A stretch of 46,847 nucleotides of DNA, taken from NCBI GenBank assembly GCA_038203125.1, contig JBBREG010000001.1:1-46847 (forward strand), written 5' to 3'. Of the stretch, positions 19,737 to 28,312 are shown in pieces. The notes beneath the pieces are model-generated. The model saw only the letters and a program-made list of their open reading frames with translations, ran no database searches and was not told the DNA's origin. Made by a program: the position numbers and the translations under genes. Position 1 is the first letter of the stretch. Every line of letters starts with the position of its first letter. Source of the DNA: Chitinophagales bacterium (GTDB lineage: Bacteria > Bacteroidota > Bacteroidia > Chitinophagales > Saprospiraceae).

Positions 19737-20672
19737 ATGTCAAAAGTTACGGTTGTAGGTGCCGGAAATGTCGGTGCCACAGTGGCTAACGTGTTAGCGC
19801 ATCAAAACATTGTAAATGAGATAGTTCTGTTGGATTTGATGGCAGATATGGCGAAAGGAAAAGCCCTGGATACCTGGCAGCAGGCTCCTGTTGATGATTA
19901 CTCCACCAGACTTAGAGGCACGGGGGATTATGCTGATACGGCCAACTCAGACATAGCGGTCATCACAGCAGGAGTGCCCCGCAAGCCCGGTATGAGCCGG
20001 GATGACCTTATCACAACCAATGCCAGGATCGTTTCGTCCGTCACCCGTTCTATCCTTCAATACAGCCCAAACGCAATCCTGATCGTGGTAAGTAACCCAC
20101 TTGACGTCATGACATATGCAGCTCATGTCGTTTCCGGTCTGCCGTCCACAAGAGTATTTGGAATGGCTGGCGTCCTTGACACTGCACGCTACAGAGCGTT
20201 CCTGGCTGAAGCACTTGATGTCTCTCCCCGTGATATCCAGGCTATGCTCCTGGGCGGTCATGGTGATACTATGGTTCCGCTGCCCCGTTATACAACGGTT
20301 TCCGGAATTCCTGTTACCGAACTAATTGACAGTGCAAAGCTTGATGCCATAGTAGACAGAACAAAAAAAGGCGGAGGAGAACTCGTACAGTTAATGGGCA
20401 CATCGGCATGGTATGCTCCTGGCGCAGCAGCTGCACAGATGGTTTCTTCCATCATCCGGGATGAAAAACGCATCCTGCCGTGCTGTATTAAAATGGAAGG
20501 TCAGCATGGACTCCATGATGTATATCTCGGAATGCCCGTAAAACTTGGCAAGAATGGAATCGAATCTGTTATCGAACTCGATTTGAATGCAGAAGAAATG
20601 AAACTCCTCCAGAATTCTTCTGTCGCAGTAAAAGAAGTGATGAATGCGTACGATCAGTTAGGTCTTAACTGA
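19737..20672 (+). CDS. mdh: malate dehydrogenase (LDH-like family)
   Basis: MSKVTVVGAGNVGATVA Rossmann N-terminus, ITAGVPRKPGMSRDDL substrate loop with the Arg typical of MDH, and GGHGDTMVP. 311 aa. Confidence 0.95.
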   Translation: MSKVTVVGAGNVGATVANVLAHQNIVNEIVLLDLMADMAKGKALDTWQQAPVDDYSTRLRGTGDYADTANSDIAVITAGVPRKPGMSRDDLITTNARIVSSVTRSILQYSPNAILIVVSNPLDVMTYAAHVVSGLPSTRVFGMAGVLDTARYRAFLAEALDVSPRDIQAMLLGGHGDTMVPLPRYTTVSGIPVTELIDSAKLDAIVDRTKKGGGELVQLMGTSAWYAPGAAAAQMVSSIIRDEKRILPCCIKMEGQHGLHDVYLGMPVKLGKNGIESVIELDLNAEEMKLLQNSSVAVKEVMNAYDQLGLN

Positions 20673-20692
20673 TGGTCCGAAACTGAAATGAT

Positions 20693-21784
20693 GTGATTGA
20701 TAATAATAAAGTGGTTGCCGCGCTGGAGTCAGTAATCGATCCCGCAACAGGACAGGATATCATTAGTCGACGGATGGTTACGGATCTCCGGATTAAGGAA
20801 AACAATATTCAGTTTCAGCTTTCAACAGCTGATCTTCCCGAAGCACAGAAGTCAAGCCTGAATTTCGCTTGCATGGAAGCCATCCTGGCGATCTATCCGG
20901 ATGCGGATGTACATATACACATGCAACGCAGTGATCAGCCAGCCGGCCCAACGAACCCATTACCTCATGTGAAAAATATTCTTGCTATCGCTTCCGGCAA
21001 GGGAGGTGTTGGCAAAAGCACCATGGCAGTTAATCTTGCCCTTGGATTGCAGCAGTTAGGATTTAAGACGGGTTTGATCGATGCGGATCTTTACGGTCCA
21101 TCCGCTCCCACCATGTTGGGGCTGCAGGGTGAGCGACCAAAAGTTCAGGTAGTCCATGGAAGTCATAAGATCATACCTCTGGAAGCTTTCGATATGCCCG
21201 TGATGAGTATTGGCTTCGTGGTCGAACCCGAACAGGCGGTTGTATTGCGTGGACCGCGACTTGCCGGCATTATTAAGCAGTTTATTCGGGATACGATCTG
21301 GCCTCCGTTAGACTATCTTATCATCGATCTGCCTCCCGGAACGGGTGATATTCAGTTGACTTTGGTTCAAACGGTCCCTCTTACTGGCGCTATCCTGATT
21401 ACCACTCCCCAAGAGCTGGCTGTCGTAGATGCAGTGAAGGCAATGAATATGTTCCTTCTGGACTCGGTCAATGTCCCGATCCTGGGTGTGATTGAGAATA
21501 TGGCCTGGTTTACTCCGGAAGAATTACCTGATCATAAATATTTCCTCTTTGGATCAGGCGGGGGAGAAAAACTCGCGGCAATTGGCGAAACAAAATTATT
21601 AGGGCAAATTCCATTGGTCCAGTCCGTAAGGGAAGCAGGTGACAACGGAATACCCGCAGTGATGCAGGAAGGTCCATTGAAAGAACGCTTTATGGAGTTG
21701 GCAAGAAATGTTCACCAGCAGACGCTGGAACGTAACCAGCAGAGCAGGCCAACCCGAATGGTAGAAATAAAGACAGGAATTTGA
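20693..21784 (+). CDS. Mrp/NBP35/ApbC family Fe-S cluster carrier ATPase
   Basis: N-terminal DUF59-like segment (VIDPATGQDI), deviant Walker A ASGKGGVGKST, and a CxxC-less Bacteroidetes-type C-terminus with ENMAWF. GTG start at 20693. Confidence 0.9.
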   Translation: MIDNNKVVAALESVIDPATGQDIISRRMVTDLRIKENNIQFQLSTADLPEAQKSSLNFACMEAILAIYPDADVHIHMQRSDQPAGPTNPLPHVKNILAIASGKGGVGKSTMAVNLALGLQQLGFKTGLIDADLYGPSAPTMLGLQGERPKVQVVHGSHKIIPLEAFDMPVMSIGFVVEPEQAVVLRGPRLAGIIKQFIRDTIWPPLDYLIIDLPPGTGDIQLTLVQTVPLTGAILITTPQELAVVDAVKAMNMFLLDSVNVPILGVIENMAWFTPEELPDHKYFLFGSGGGEKLAAIGETKLLGQIPLVQSVREAGDNGIPAVMQEGPLKERFMELARNVHQQTLERNQQSRPTRMVEIKTGI

Positions 21785-21868
21785 AAGGTTCATACTAAAT
21801 CCGCATATAAATCTGCGATCCGTTCCCACCAAATAATTAACCAAAAACAAAGTTACCTTTGACCTGTC

Positions 21869-22129
21869 ATGTCAGACCAGGAAAAAGCTCATTTACTAGA
21901 TCAGATTGAAATCGCGCTGGACGATATACGTCCGCATCTCGCGGTTGATGGTGGTGATGTCGCCGTGGTCGAACTTACAGATGAAATGACTGTACGTATT
22001 CGATGGATGGGTGCATGTGAATCCTGCTCCATGTCAGCCATGACCATGAAAGCCGGAGTTGAACAGGCTGTACGTTCACGTCTTCCCCAAATCAGGTCTG
22101 TGGAAGCTGTCAATAGTGCCCATGCCTGA
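21869..22129 (+). CDS. NifU C-terminal-domain (Nfu-type) Fe-S assembly protein
   Basis: IRPHLAVDGGDVAVVEL......RIRWMGACESCSMSAMTMKAGVE carries the Nfu CxxC motif. The Mrp-then-NifU order matches the arrangement I recall as common in Bacteroidota. Confidence 0.85.
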   Translation: MSDQEKAHLLDQIEIALDDIRPHLAVDGGDVAVVELTDEMTVRIRWMGACESCSMSAMTMKAGVEQAVRSRLPQIRSVEAVNSAHA

Positions 22130-22946
22130 GCTTCGTAAGGACAGTATTTACTTATCCCGGTGGATTCAACAACAACAAACTGTATTAACCATAGGTCTCG
22201 ATACGGATCTAATGAAGATTCCCGCCATGCTGAATGGGGATGTGCTTGCATTTAATAAAGCGATCATTGAGGCTACCAGCGATCTGTCTGTTGCCTATAA
22301 GATCAATTTTGCCTTTTATGAATCGTTGGGTGTCAAAGGATGGGACATCCTGGAGAAAACGATCCAATTAATTCCTTCCAGTCATCTCATTATCGCCGAT
22401 GCCAAAAGAGGGGATATCGGAAATACTTCTGAAATGTATGCGCGCGCTATCTATGATCATCTCGGTTGTGATGCGATTACTGTGAGTCCATATATGGGAC
22501 GTGATAGTGTAGAGCCATTTTATCGTGACGGAAAGTGGGTCATCATCCTTGCGCTGACTTCGAATGCTGGCAGCAATGATTTCCAGCAACTGGAGATGAA
22601 TGATGGAAAAAAAGTGTTCCAGCACGTGATGGAAACTTCATCTTCATGGGGTAGCCCTGACAATACGATGTATGTAATTGGTGCTACGCATCCTGATGAC
22701 ATGAAGCAGATCCGTGACCAATATCCGGATCATTTCTTTCTGGTCCCGGGCATCGGAGCACAGGGTGGGGATCTGGATGCCATATGTGCAGCCGGGCTCA
22801 ATCAGCGAGGTGGATTATTGATCAATGCATCGCGGAGTATCATCTATGCAAGCCACGGATCGGATTTTGCTGACAAGGCACGAGAAGAAGCTGTCAGTAT
22901 GAATATGAAATTAAAACCGCACCTGGCATCCCGTCTCTCCATATAG
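22122..22946 (+). CDS. pyrF: orotidine 5'-phosphate decarboxylase (type 2)
   Basis: TIGLDTD, IADAKRGDIGNTS (the catalytic DxKxxD region) and GIGAQGGD. ATG 22122 overlaps the nifU stop by 8 nt. The track start at 22059 would run 71 nt into nifU and is rejected. Confidence 0.9.
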   Translation: MPELRKDSIYLSRWIQQQQTVLTIGLDTDLMKIPAMLNGDVLAFNKAIIEATSDLSVAYKINFAFYESLGVKGWDILEKTIQLIPSSHLIIADAKRGDIGNTSEMYARAIYDHLGCDAITVSPYMGRDSVEPFYRDGKWVIILALTSNAGSNDFQQLEMNDGKKVFQHVMETSSSWGSPDNTMYVIGATHPDDMKQIRDQYPDHFFLVPGIGAQGGDLDAICAAGLNQRGGLLINASRSIIYASHGSDFADKAREEAVSMNMKLKPHLASRLSI

Positions 22947-22953
22947 TTATTCA

Positions 22954-22996
22954 AAGACATGTAGTGATATGAATTCATGATGTCTTCTTTATTTTG
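22954..22996 (+). terminator. weak candidate hairpin/T-rich terminator after pyrF
   Basis: AAGACAT (22954-22960) / ATGTCTT (22980-22986) 7-bp stem with a 19-nt loop that contains the palindrome ATGAATTCAT, followed by CTTTATTTTG. AU-rich and marginal. Confidence 0.3.
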
Positions 22997-23023
22997 CATT
23001 TGATTGGGCAAGAATTTGAATGA

Positions 23024-24466
23024 ATGGATAAAACTAAATTTCATGGTACTATTGTAATTACAGTTTTACTGTTCTTTATTTTGCTGGTCGCTTCCATTCT
23101 ATTTTACCGTGAGCGGATGCTCTTCGTAGATCCGTGTTTTGTCACCTTCACGATCCTGAATACCAGTGAACTTGTAATCACAGAACACAGGTATGGTGCA
23201 TTTATAACACAACTATTTCCATGGATTGGTGGCATGTTACATTTGCCACTTACCACGCTTCTTATCCTGTATTCTGCCAGTTTCTATCTGTTTTTCTCCA
23301 CGATCATATTGTTGTTGATCTATCGATTCAAACAGCTTGGCCTGGCCCTCCTCATGGCATTTTATTTTACACTTTTTGTCAGTGATGTGTATTTCTGGCC
23401 CAATAACGAAGTGCATCAGGGTATCGCATGGATGTTTTTATTCTTTGGAATTATATTGGGAATTAAGAAAGATACCCCTGCTATCTGGTTCTATCCTGCA
23501 GCACTGGTAACAGCCTTCCTGGCCATCTTCAGTCATTTTATCATATTCCTTCCTTTTGCTTTTTTATGGATCTACTTCATCCTGGAAAAAAAGCGCTGGC
23601 ATACATCCCGGCCCATCACCATCGGGTTTTCAGTGGTGCTGGCTGTTTTATTTTTTATAAAATATCAACTGGGTATAGAAGGGTGGTATGATGGGGAAAA
23701 ATTAAAAGGTGTCACAACCTTAAATTTCAATTCGGTCCTGCAATCGTTTTCCAGTGGGCATGCTGCTACAATGGGTTGGAACATACTGACAAATTATTGG
23801 TTGATCATTCCGATTGTATTGCTTGGAATATTCGTTTTGATTCAAGAAAAAAAGCCACTTCTTGTGGGTTTTACCTTGATCTCCATGATGGGCTATTTTG
23901 TCCTGGTGTCCATCACCTTCCCTGATGCTTTTGGAAGAGAACTGCTATTCTATATGGAAAGTCAATGGATGGCCCTGAGCATTATTGCCGCCACGCCATT
24001 TGTATTCCATGTCATTCCTCAACTTTCAACTAAAACAGTATCCATTGTATTAATCTTCATTTTTGCAATCCGCCTCAGCTACATCACTCACTCAGGTATA
24101 TTTTTTCATAAACGGGTTGAGATGCTCGAAGCAGCAGTCGATCATGCGAAGGAACAAGGAATTCATAAAGCATTTGTCAGGATAGATGAGCAATTGAATC
24201 GTACCTTCCTGATGACCTGGGGATTGCCGGTAGAAAGCCTCACGCTTTCTACCATGAAAGGATACGATCCACCCGTAACCATTAAAGCTCTGACCGATGC
24301 AGAATTGATCACAACTGCAAAAGACACATTCCTTTCCAGTTTTACAAAAATGAATGTGCGTGAGTTAAATAGATTTTATTTCCACCCAGATACTACAACA
24401 GTGTATCAACCTCTAGATCTTAGCAAAATATTACTTCAATCCCCGAATTCCCTGAAGGGAGAATAA
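23024..24466 (+). CDS. polytopic inner-membrane protein of unknown function (approx 9-10 TM + approx 110-aa soluble C-terminal domain)
   Basis: Long uninterrupted ORF with repeated hydrophobic segments of about 20 aa and a clear coding-like composition. I recognise no family motif. Confidence 0.7.
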   Translation: MDKTKFHGTIVITVLLFFILLVASILFYRERMLFVDPCFVTFTILNTSELVITEHRYGAFITQLFPWIGGMLHLPLTTLLILYSASFYLFFSTIILLLIYRFKQLGLALLMAFYFTLFVSDVYFWPNNEVHQGIAWMFLFFGIILGIKKDTPAIWFYPAALVTAFLAIFSHFIIFLPFAFLWIYFILEKKRWHTSRPITIGFSVVLAVLFFIKYQLGIEGWYDGEKLKGVTTLNFNSVLQSFSSGHAATMGWNILTNYWLIIPIVLLGIFVLIQEKKPLLVGFTLISMMGYFVLVSITFPDAFGRELLFYMESQWMALSIIAATPFVFHVIPQLSTKTVSIVLIFIFAIRLSYITHSGIFFHKRVEMLEAAVDHAKEQGIHKAFVRIDEQLNRTFLMTWGLPVESLTLSTMKGYDPPVTIKALTDAELITTAKDTFLSSFTKMNVRELNRFYFHPDTTTVYQPLDLSKILLQSPNSLKGE

Positions 24467-24616
24467 TTTGATGCCCTTTGATGTGTCATGGCAGATGATG
24501 CAGAAATCTTTAAAAATGAATTAGCGCAGATTACTTTTTGAGGACCCGTATAAACAACCACATTTGTAAAAATCAAAAATCAAAAATTCTAGTTCGCTTT
24601 TGAACCCTGCTACTCT

Positions 24617-25588
24617 TTACTGTCTCAAGATCTCCTTCCAAACGGAAGTATCTATATTTCCTCCACACAACACCACGACCGATACTTCTTCTTTTGTACG
24701 TTGATCATCCTTCATCGCGGCAGCCATGGCTACTCCCGCAGCTCCTTCCACTTTCATCTGATGTTCACGGTAAGCATAGCGAATCGCATTCCTGATCTCT
24801 CCTTCTGAAATGAGCATAAACCGATCGATCATAGCAACACAAACAGGATAGGTAATGCTATCTTTCTCAAGCGGTCCTGCTGACCCATCAGACAATGTAT
24901 CCAGGGCTTCAGGCGCCATCACAACTTCACCAGCCTGAACACTTAGATACATTTCAGGTGAGTTCACCGGTTGACAACCTACAATCTCAATTCCCGGATG
25001 ATGATACCTGAGCAATGATGCTATACCGGATATCAAACCACCGCCGCCCACAGTAATATATACACGATCAATTTTGGGTAACGCCAGATGCAATTCATAC
25101 CCAATCGTGCCCTGTCCGGCAATGACTAATTCATCATTGTATGGACTTACCCATACCAGATTATTTTCTGATGCATATTGTTTACCCGCCAGCTCTGCGG
25201 CCAGGGAATCGCCATGGACCTGGATCACTTCAGCACCGGTAAGCTTAATTTTGTCAATCTTTTCCCGTACTGCCGTTGAGGGCACATAAATCCTTGCCTT
25301 CAGATCAAATAGCCTTGCTGCATTTGCTACACCTAACCCATGATTACCTGTGGATGCCGTAACTATTTCCTGATCTGCAGATATTGTACTCAGTTTGGAT
25401 AAAGCACCACGCCACTTAAAGGAACCTGTGTATTGTTCATTTTCGCATTTCAACCAGAGATCTGTTTTCTGATCCTGTATCAGCCGTGTTTTTTCAAGAT
25501 ATTTTTCAATACGGCTATTGGCAGCGGCAATGAGTTTTGTAAAATATTCAGGAGAATGGACAGATGGTGGAATATGGTTATTTGCCAT
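24617..25588 (-). CDS. PLP-dependent serine/threonine dehydratase family protein (fold type II)
   Basis: PLP-lysine motif TGSFKWRGA, then STGNHGLGVA and a GGGGLISG glycine loop. At 323 aa it has no ACT regulatory domain (TdcB/serine racemase-like size). Its start overlaps the upstream cysteine desulfurase stop by 1 nt. Confidence 0.85.
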   Translation of the reverse strand: MANNHIPPSVHSPEYFTKLIAAANSRIEKYLEKTRLIQDQKTDLWLKCENEQYTGSFKWRGALSKLSTISADQEIVTASTGNHGLGVANAARLFDLKARIYVPSTAVREKIDKIKLTGAEVIQVHGDSLAAELAGKQYASENNLVWVSPYNDELVIAGQGTIGYELHLALPKIDRVYITVGGGGLISGIASLLRYHHPGIEIVGCQPVNSPEMYLSVQAGEVVMAPEALDTLSDGSAGPLEKDSITYPVCVAMIDRFMLISEGEIRNAIRYAYREHQMKVEGAAGVAMAAAMKDDQRTKEEVSVVVLCGGNIDTSVWKEILRQ

Positions 25589-26739
25589 TATACGATAGCA
25601 TGGGCATTTATAGCCAATATGCCTGCGATTTGCTCCACGGCGAAATCAATATCTTCTCTTGTGGTATTTCGACTGAATGAAAAACGTACAGCTTTCCGGT
25701 CAGATGGATGTCCGATAGCTTCCAATACATGAGATTGTGATTCAGCACCGGAACTGCAGGCACTACCACCACTGGCACTGATGCCCGCAATGTCAAGTGA
25801 CATCACCATTAATTCGGCATGTGGGCCTGCAGGAAACGAAACATTCAAAACTGTATAAAGACATTCATCCGTATGCCCATTAAAATAAACCTCAGGGCAA
25901 ACAGCTTTCAACTGAGTCTTCATATATTCTTTGATGCCGGAGATATGAGCTTTATCTTCTTCGAGTTCTGTGTAAGCCAGGTTAATGGCTTTTGCCAGTC
26001 CGACAATCCCACTCAGGTTTTCAGTACCTGCCCGCATATTCCTTTCCTGCGAACCACCATCGATGTACGGATAAATATGACAGCGGCTGTTGATATAAAT
26101 AAAGCCAATGCCTTTGGGTCCATAAAACTTATGTGCAGCTCCGGATATAAAATCAATCGGTGTTTTTTGCACACTAACAGGAAAATGTCCGACTGTCTGT
26201 ACCGTATCGGAATGTAACCATGCACCATATTGTCTGCAGATATCTGAAACTTTTTCGAGATTGATCATTGTCCCGATCTCATTATTCGCATGCATCAGCG
26301 TAACAAGCGTTGGTGTATCTGATGTAGAAAGTAATTCTTCCAGATGTGCAAGATCCGGCATACCGTAGGCATCTATTCTCACCATGGCTACCTCAACGGC
26401 TTTTTTAGTGAGCAAGTGTTCTACGGAATGTTTAACACAATGATGCTCCAGTGGTGACGTGATGATTCGTTTTACCCCGAGATCGGAGACGGCACATTTA
26501 ACGGCCATATTATTTGACTCCGTCCCACCGGACGTAAAGAAAATTTCCCCGGTAGAGGCACCAATCCAGCCTGCAACCGTTTTTCGCGCTGCTTCAATGG
26601 CAGCTCTCGTTTGTCGTCCGTCATGATGAATAGAGGAGGGATTCCCGAAATGGGAAGTCAGGTAGGGCATCATGGCCTCCAATACTTCAGGTCGTAATGG
26701 AGTCGTTGCAGCGTTGTCTAGATATACCCTTCGGGCCAT
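25588..26739 (-). CDS. cysteine desulfurase (NifS/IscS class)
   Basis: VYLDNAATTP, SGGTESNN, PLP-lysine SGAAHKFYGPKGIG, and the active-site loop SGGSACSS. 383 aa. Confidence 0.9.
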   Translation of the reverse strand: MARRVYLDNAATTPLRPEVLEAMMPYLTSHFGNPSSIHHDGRQTRAAIEAARKTVAGWIGASTGEIFFTSGGTESNNMAVKCAVSDLGVKRIITSPLEHHCVKHSVEHLLTKKAVEVAMVRIDAYGMPDLAHLEELLSTSDTPTLVTLMHANNEIGTMINLEKVSDICRQYGAWLHSDTVQTVGHFPVSVQKTPIDFISGAAHKFYGPKGIGFIYINSRCHIYPYIDGGSQERNMRAGTENLSGIVGLAKAINLAYTELEEDKAHISGIKEYMKTQLKAVCPEVYFNGHTDECLYTVLNVSFPAGPHAELMVMSLDIAGISASGGSACSSGAESQSHVLEAIGHPSDRKAVRFSFSRNTTREDIDFAVEQIAGILAINAHAIV

Positions 26740-26756
26740 AAGTCAGGTTGATCCGC

Positions 26757-26764
26757 CAAAGTTA
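26757..26764 (-). promoter_or_regulatory. candidate Bacteroidetes -7 promoter element (TAACTTTG on minus strand) for the cysteine desulfurase operon
   Basis: The plus strand reads CAAAGTTA, which is the reverse complement of a TAnnTTTG match. It lies 18-25 nt upstream of the ATG at 26739. Confidence 0.3.
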
Positions 26765-26851
26765 CATAACTCTCTCTGACCTCCAAAAATTCATTCAAAA
26801 ACATATGTTGATAACTATCTGGGGACGCTCACAATCAATGCGTTATACTCT

Positions 26852-26875
26852 AGTGGCACTACTAGTAGTGCCACT
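26852..26875. repeat. perfect 24-bp palindrome AGTGGCACTACTAGTAGTGCCACT (hairpin terminator of glmM and/or operator site)
   Basis: Read directly from the sequence: AGTGGCACTACT is the exact reverse complement of AGTAGTGCCACT. It lies 22 nt beyond the glmM stop and 113 nt upstream of the cysteine desulfurase ATG. Confidence 0.6.
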
Positions 26876-26896
26876 ATTAGTTTTGGGGCAGGAATT

Positions 26897-28270
26897 TCAG
26901 GCGATCAGGGCTTTAAGATCGTCAACCAATTGCCGGGCACGAGCATGGCTCCGGGCTTCAGCATATACCCTGAGAATCGGCTCCGTGTTCGACTTACGGA
27001 GCTGCACCCAACCATCCGGAAAATCAATCTTAAGTCCGTCACGCTGATCCAGTGACTGATCTTTGTAATGTGCTGCAACTTTATCAACCAAAGCCTGTGC
27101 AGACTCGGCGGGGTCGAAGGTGATCTTATCCTTGACCATCATATATTCAGGATAGGATTGTTTTAATTGCGAAAGACTCTTACCACTGGTTGCCATATGC
27201 ATCAGGACATAAGCAATGCCCATCAGCGCATCACGGCCATAATGTAATTCGGGATCAATGATACCACCATTGCCTTCGCCTCCAAGAACAGCATGCCTGA
27301 TTTTCATTTCATTCACTACATGTACTTCTCCTACGGGAGCAAAATGACATTCAGATCCATGGCTTTCTGCAAGGTCTTTTAACGCTCTGCTGCTTGACAG
27401 GTTGGTAACTACTGGCCCTTTCCGATGTTGAAGTACATAATCCGCCACACACACTAATGTATACTCTTCGCCAAAGAAGACTCCATTCTCACTCACCAAC
27501 GCAAGGCGATCCACGTCCGGATCTACACTGATTCCGATATGTGCATTTTCGCTTACGACAGTCTGACATAATTCTGTCAGATGTTCTGGTAAGGGTTCCG
27601 GATTGTGCATGAAGTGACCATAATTGCCATCATTAATCAGCTTATAGGTTACACCAAGAGCTTCCAATAGCGGTGGAATACTAATATTACCGGTACTGTT
27701 GATACAATCCACCACTGCATGTAATCCTGCCGAACCAATTGTCTCTGCATGAATGAGCGGATGCGCTAGAATTGCATTCACATGTTTTTCAATGGCATCT
27801 TTGCAAACAGTTCGTTTTCCCAGTTTTTCAATAGACGCATAATTGGTATCCAGGCTTCCGGTTTCCGCCTGCATTTTTATTTCTTCACCCGCCTCCTGGC
27901 TGATAAATTCTCCTTTTTCGTTTAAAAATTTCAATGCATTCCAGTGCGCAGGATTATGACTAGCGGTTATGATAATCCCTCCATGTGCTTTTAATGAAAG
28001 CACACACATTTCGACTGTGGGGGTGGTGGAATAATCGACGTCGATCACGTTTATACCCATCATCAGGAGTGTGTTCGAAACAAGGTTTTTGACCATTTTA
28101 CCAGAGACTCGTCCATCTCGCCCGATAACCACTTTTGGACAGGTATGATTTTTATAAAGCCAGGTACCATATGCTGACACAAACGAGATAATGTCGGGAG
28201 GCGTAAGGTTATCACCCGGAAGTCCACCGATGGTGCCCCGGATACCGCTGACAGATTTGATAAGTGACAC
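26897..28270 (-). CDS. glmM: phosphoglucosamine mutase (Bacteroidetes type)
   Basis: SVSGIRGTIGG N-terminus, active-site serine loop TASHNPAHWNALKF, metal site SVDPDVDR, and GGEGNGG. 457 aa. Confidence 0.88.
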   Translation of the reverse strand: MSLIKSVSGIRGTIGGLPGDNLTPPDIISFVSAYGTWLYKNHTCPKVVIGRDGRVSGKMVKNLVSNTLLMMGINVIDVDYSTTPTVEMCVLSLKAHGGIIITASHNPAHWNALKFLNEKGEFISQEAGEEIKMQAETGSLDTNYASIEKLGKRTVCKDAIEKHVNAILAHPLIHAETIGSAGLHAVVDCINSTGNISIPPLLEALGVTYKLINDGNYGHFMHNPEPLPEHLTELCQTVVSENAHIGISVDPDVDRLALVSENGVFFGEEYTLVCVADYVLQHRKGPVVTNLSSSRALKDLAESHGSECHFAPVGEVHVVNEMKIRHAVLGGEGNGGIIDPELHYGRDALMGIAYVLMHMATSGKSLSQLKQSYPEYMMVKDKITFDPAESAQALVDKVAAHYKDQSLDQRDGLKIDFPDGWVQLRKSNTEPILRVYAEARSHARARQLVDDLKALIA

Positions 28271-28312
28271 AGTCGTTAAGGTTTTTGACGCGTAAAACTA
28301 TACATTTGGCCG

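Noticed and set aside
22059-22121. Upstream extension of pyrF from the track start (MNRLYVHVFPKSGLWKLSIVP...).
   Set aside because: It would overlap nifU by 71 nt and adds residues unlike PyrF. ATG 22122 gives the usual 8-nt coupled junction. The same reasoning applies to the extensions at 192-257 (M16), 34065-34112 (AAA+), 37149-37172 (dacB) and 7230-7298 (mutS).
24568-24588. Microsatellite-like (AAAAATC)2-AAAAATT repeat in the intergenic region between two convergent gene ends.
   Set aside because: It is only three short AT-rich units. On the minus strand it is simply a T-rich tail after the dehydratase stop. It has no CRISPR-like spacing and no further copies.
26853-26872. TGGCAC within the palindrome resembles the -24 element of sigma-54 promoters.
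   Set aside because: The required GC/TTGC -12 element at the correct 5-nt spacing is absent on both strands (TGGCAC-TACTA-GTAG). The resemblance is a by-product of the palindrome.
26748-27047. 99-aa plus-strand ORF spanning the glmM/desulfurase intergenic region.
   Set aside because: Half of it is antisense to the glmM 3' end and it runs straight through the 24-bp palindrome. It has no motifs. The region is better explained as a terminator/promoter spacer.
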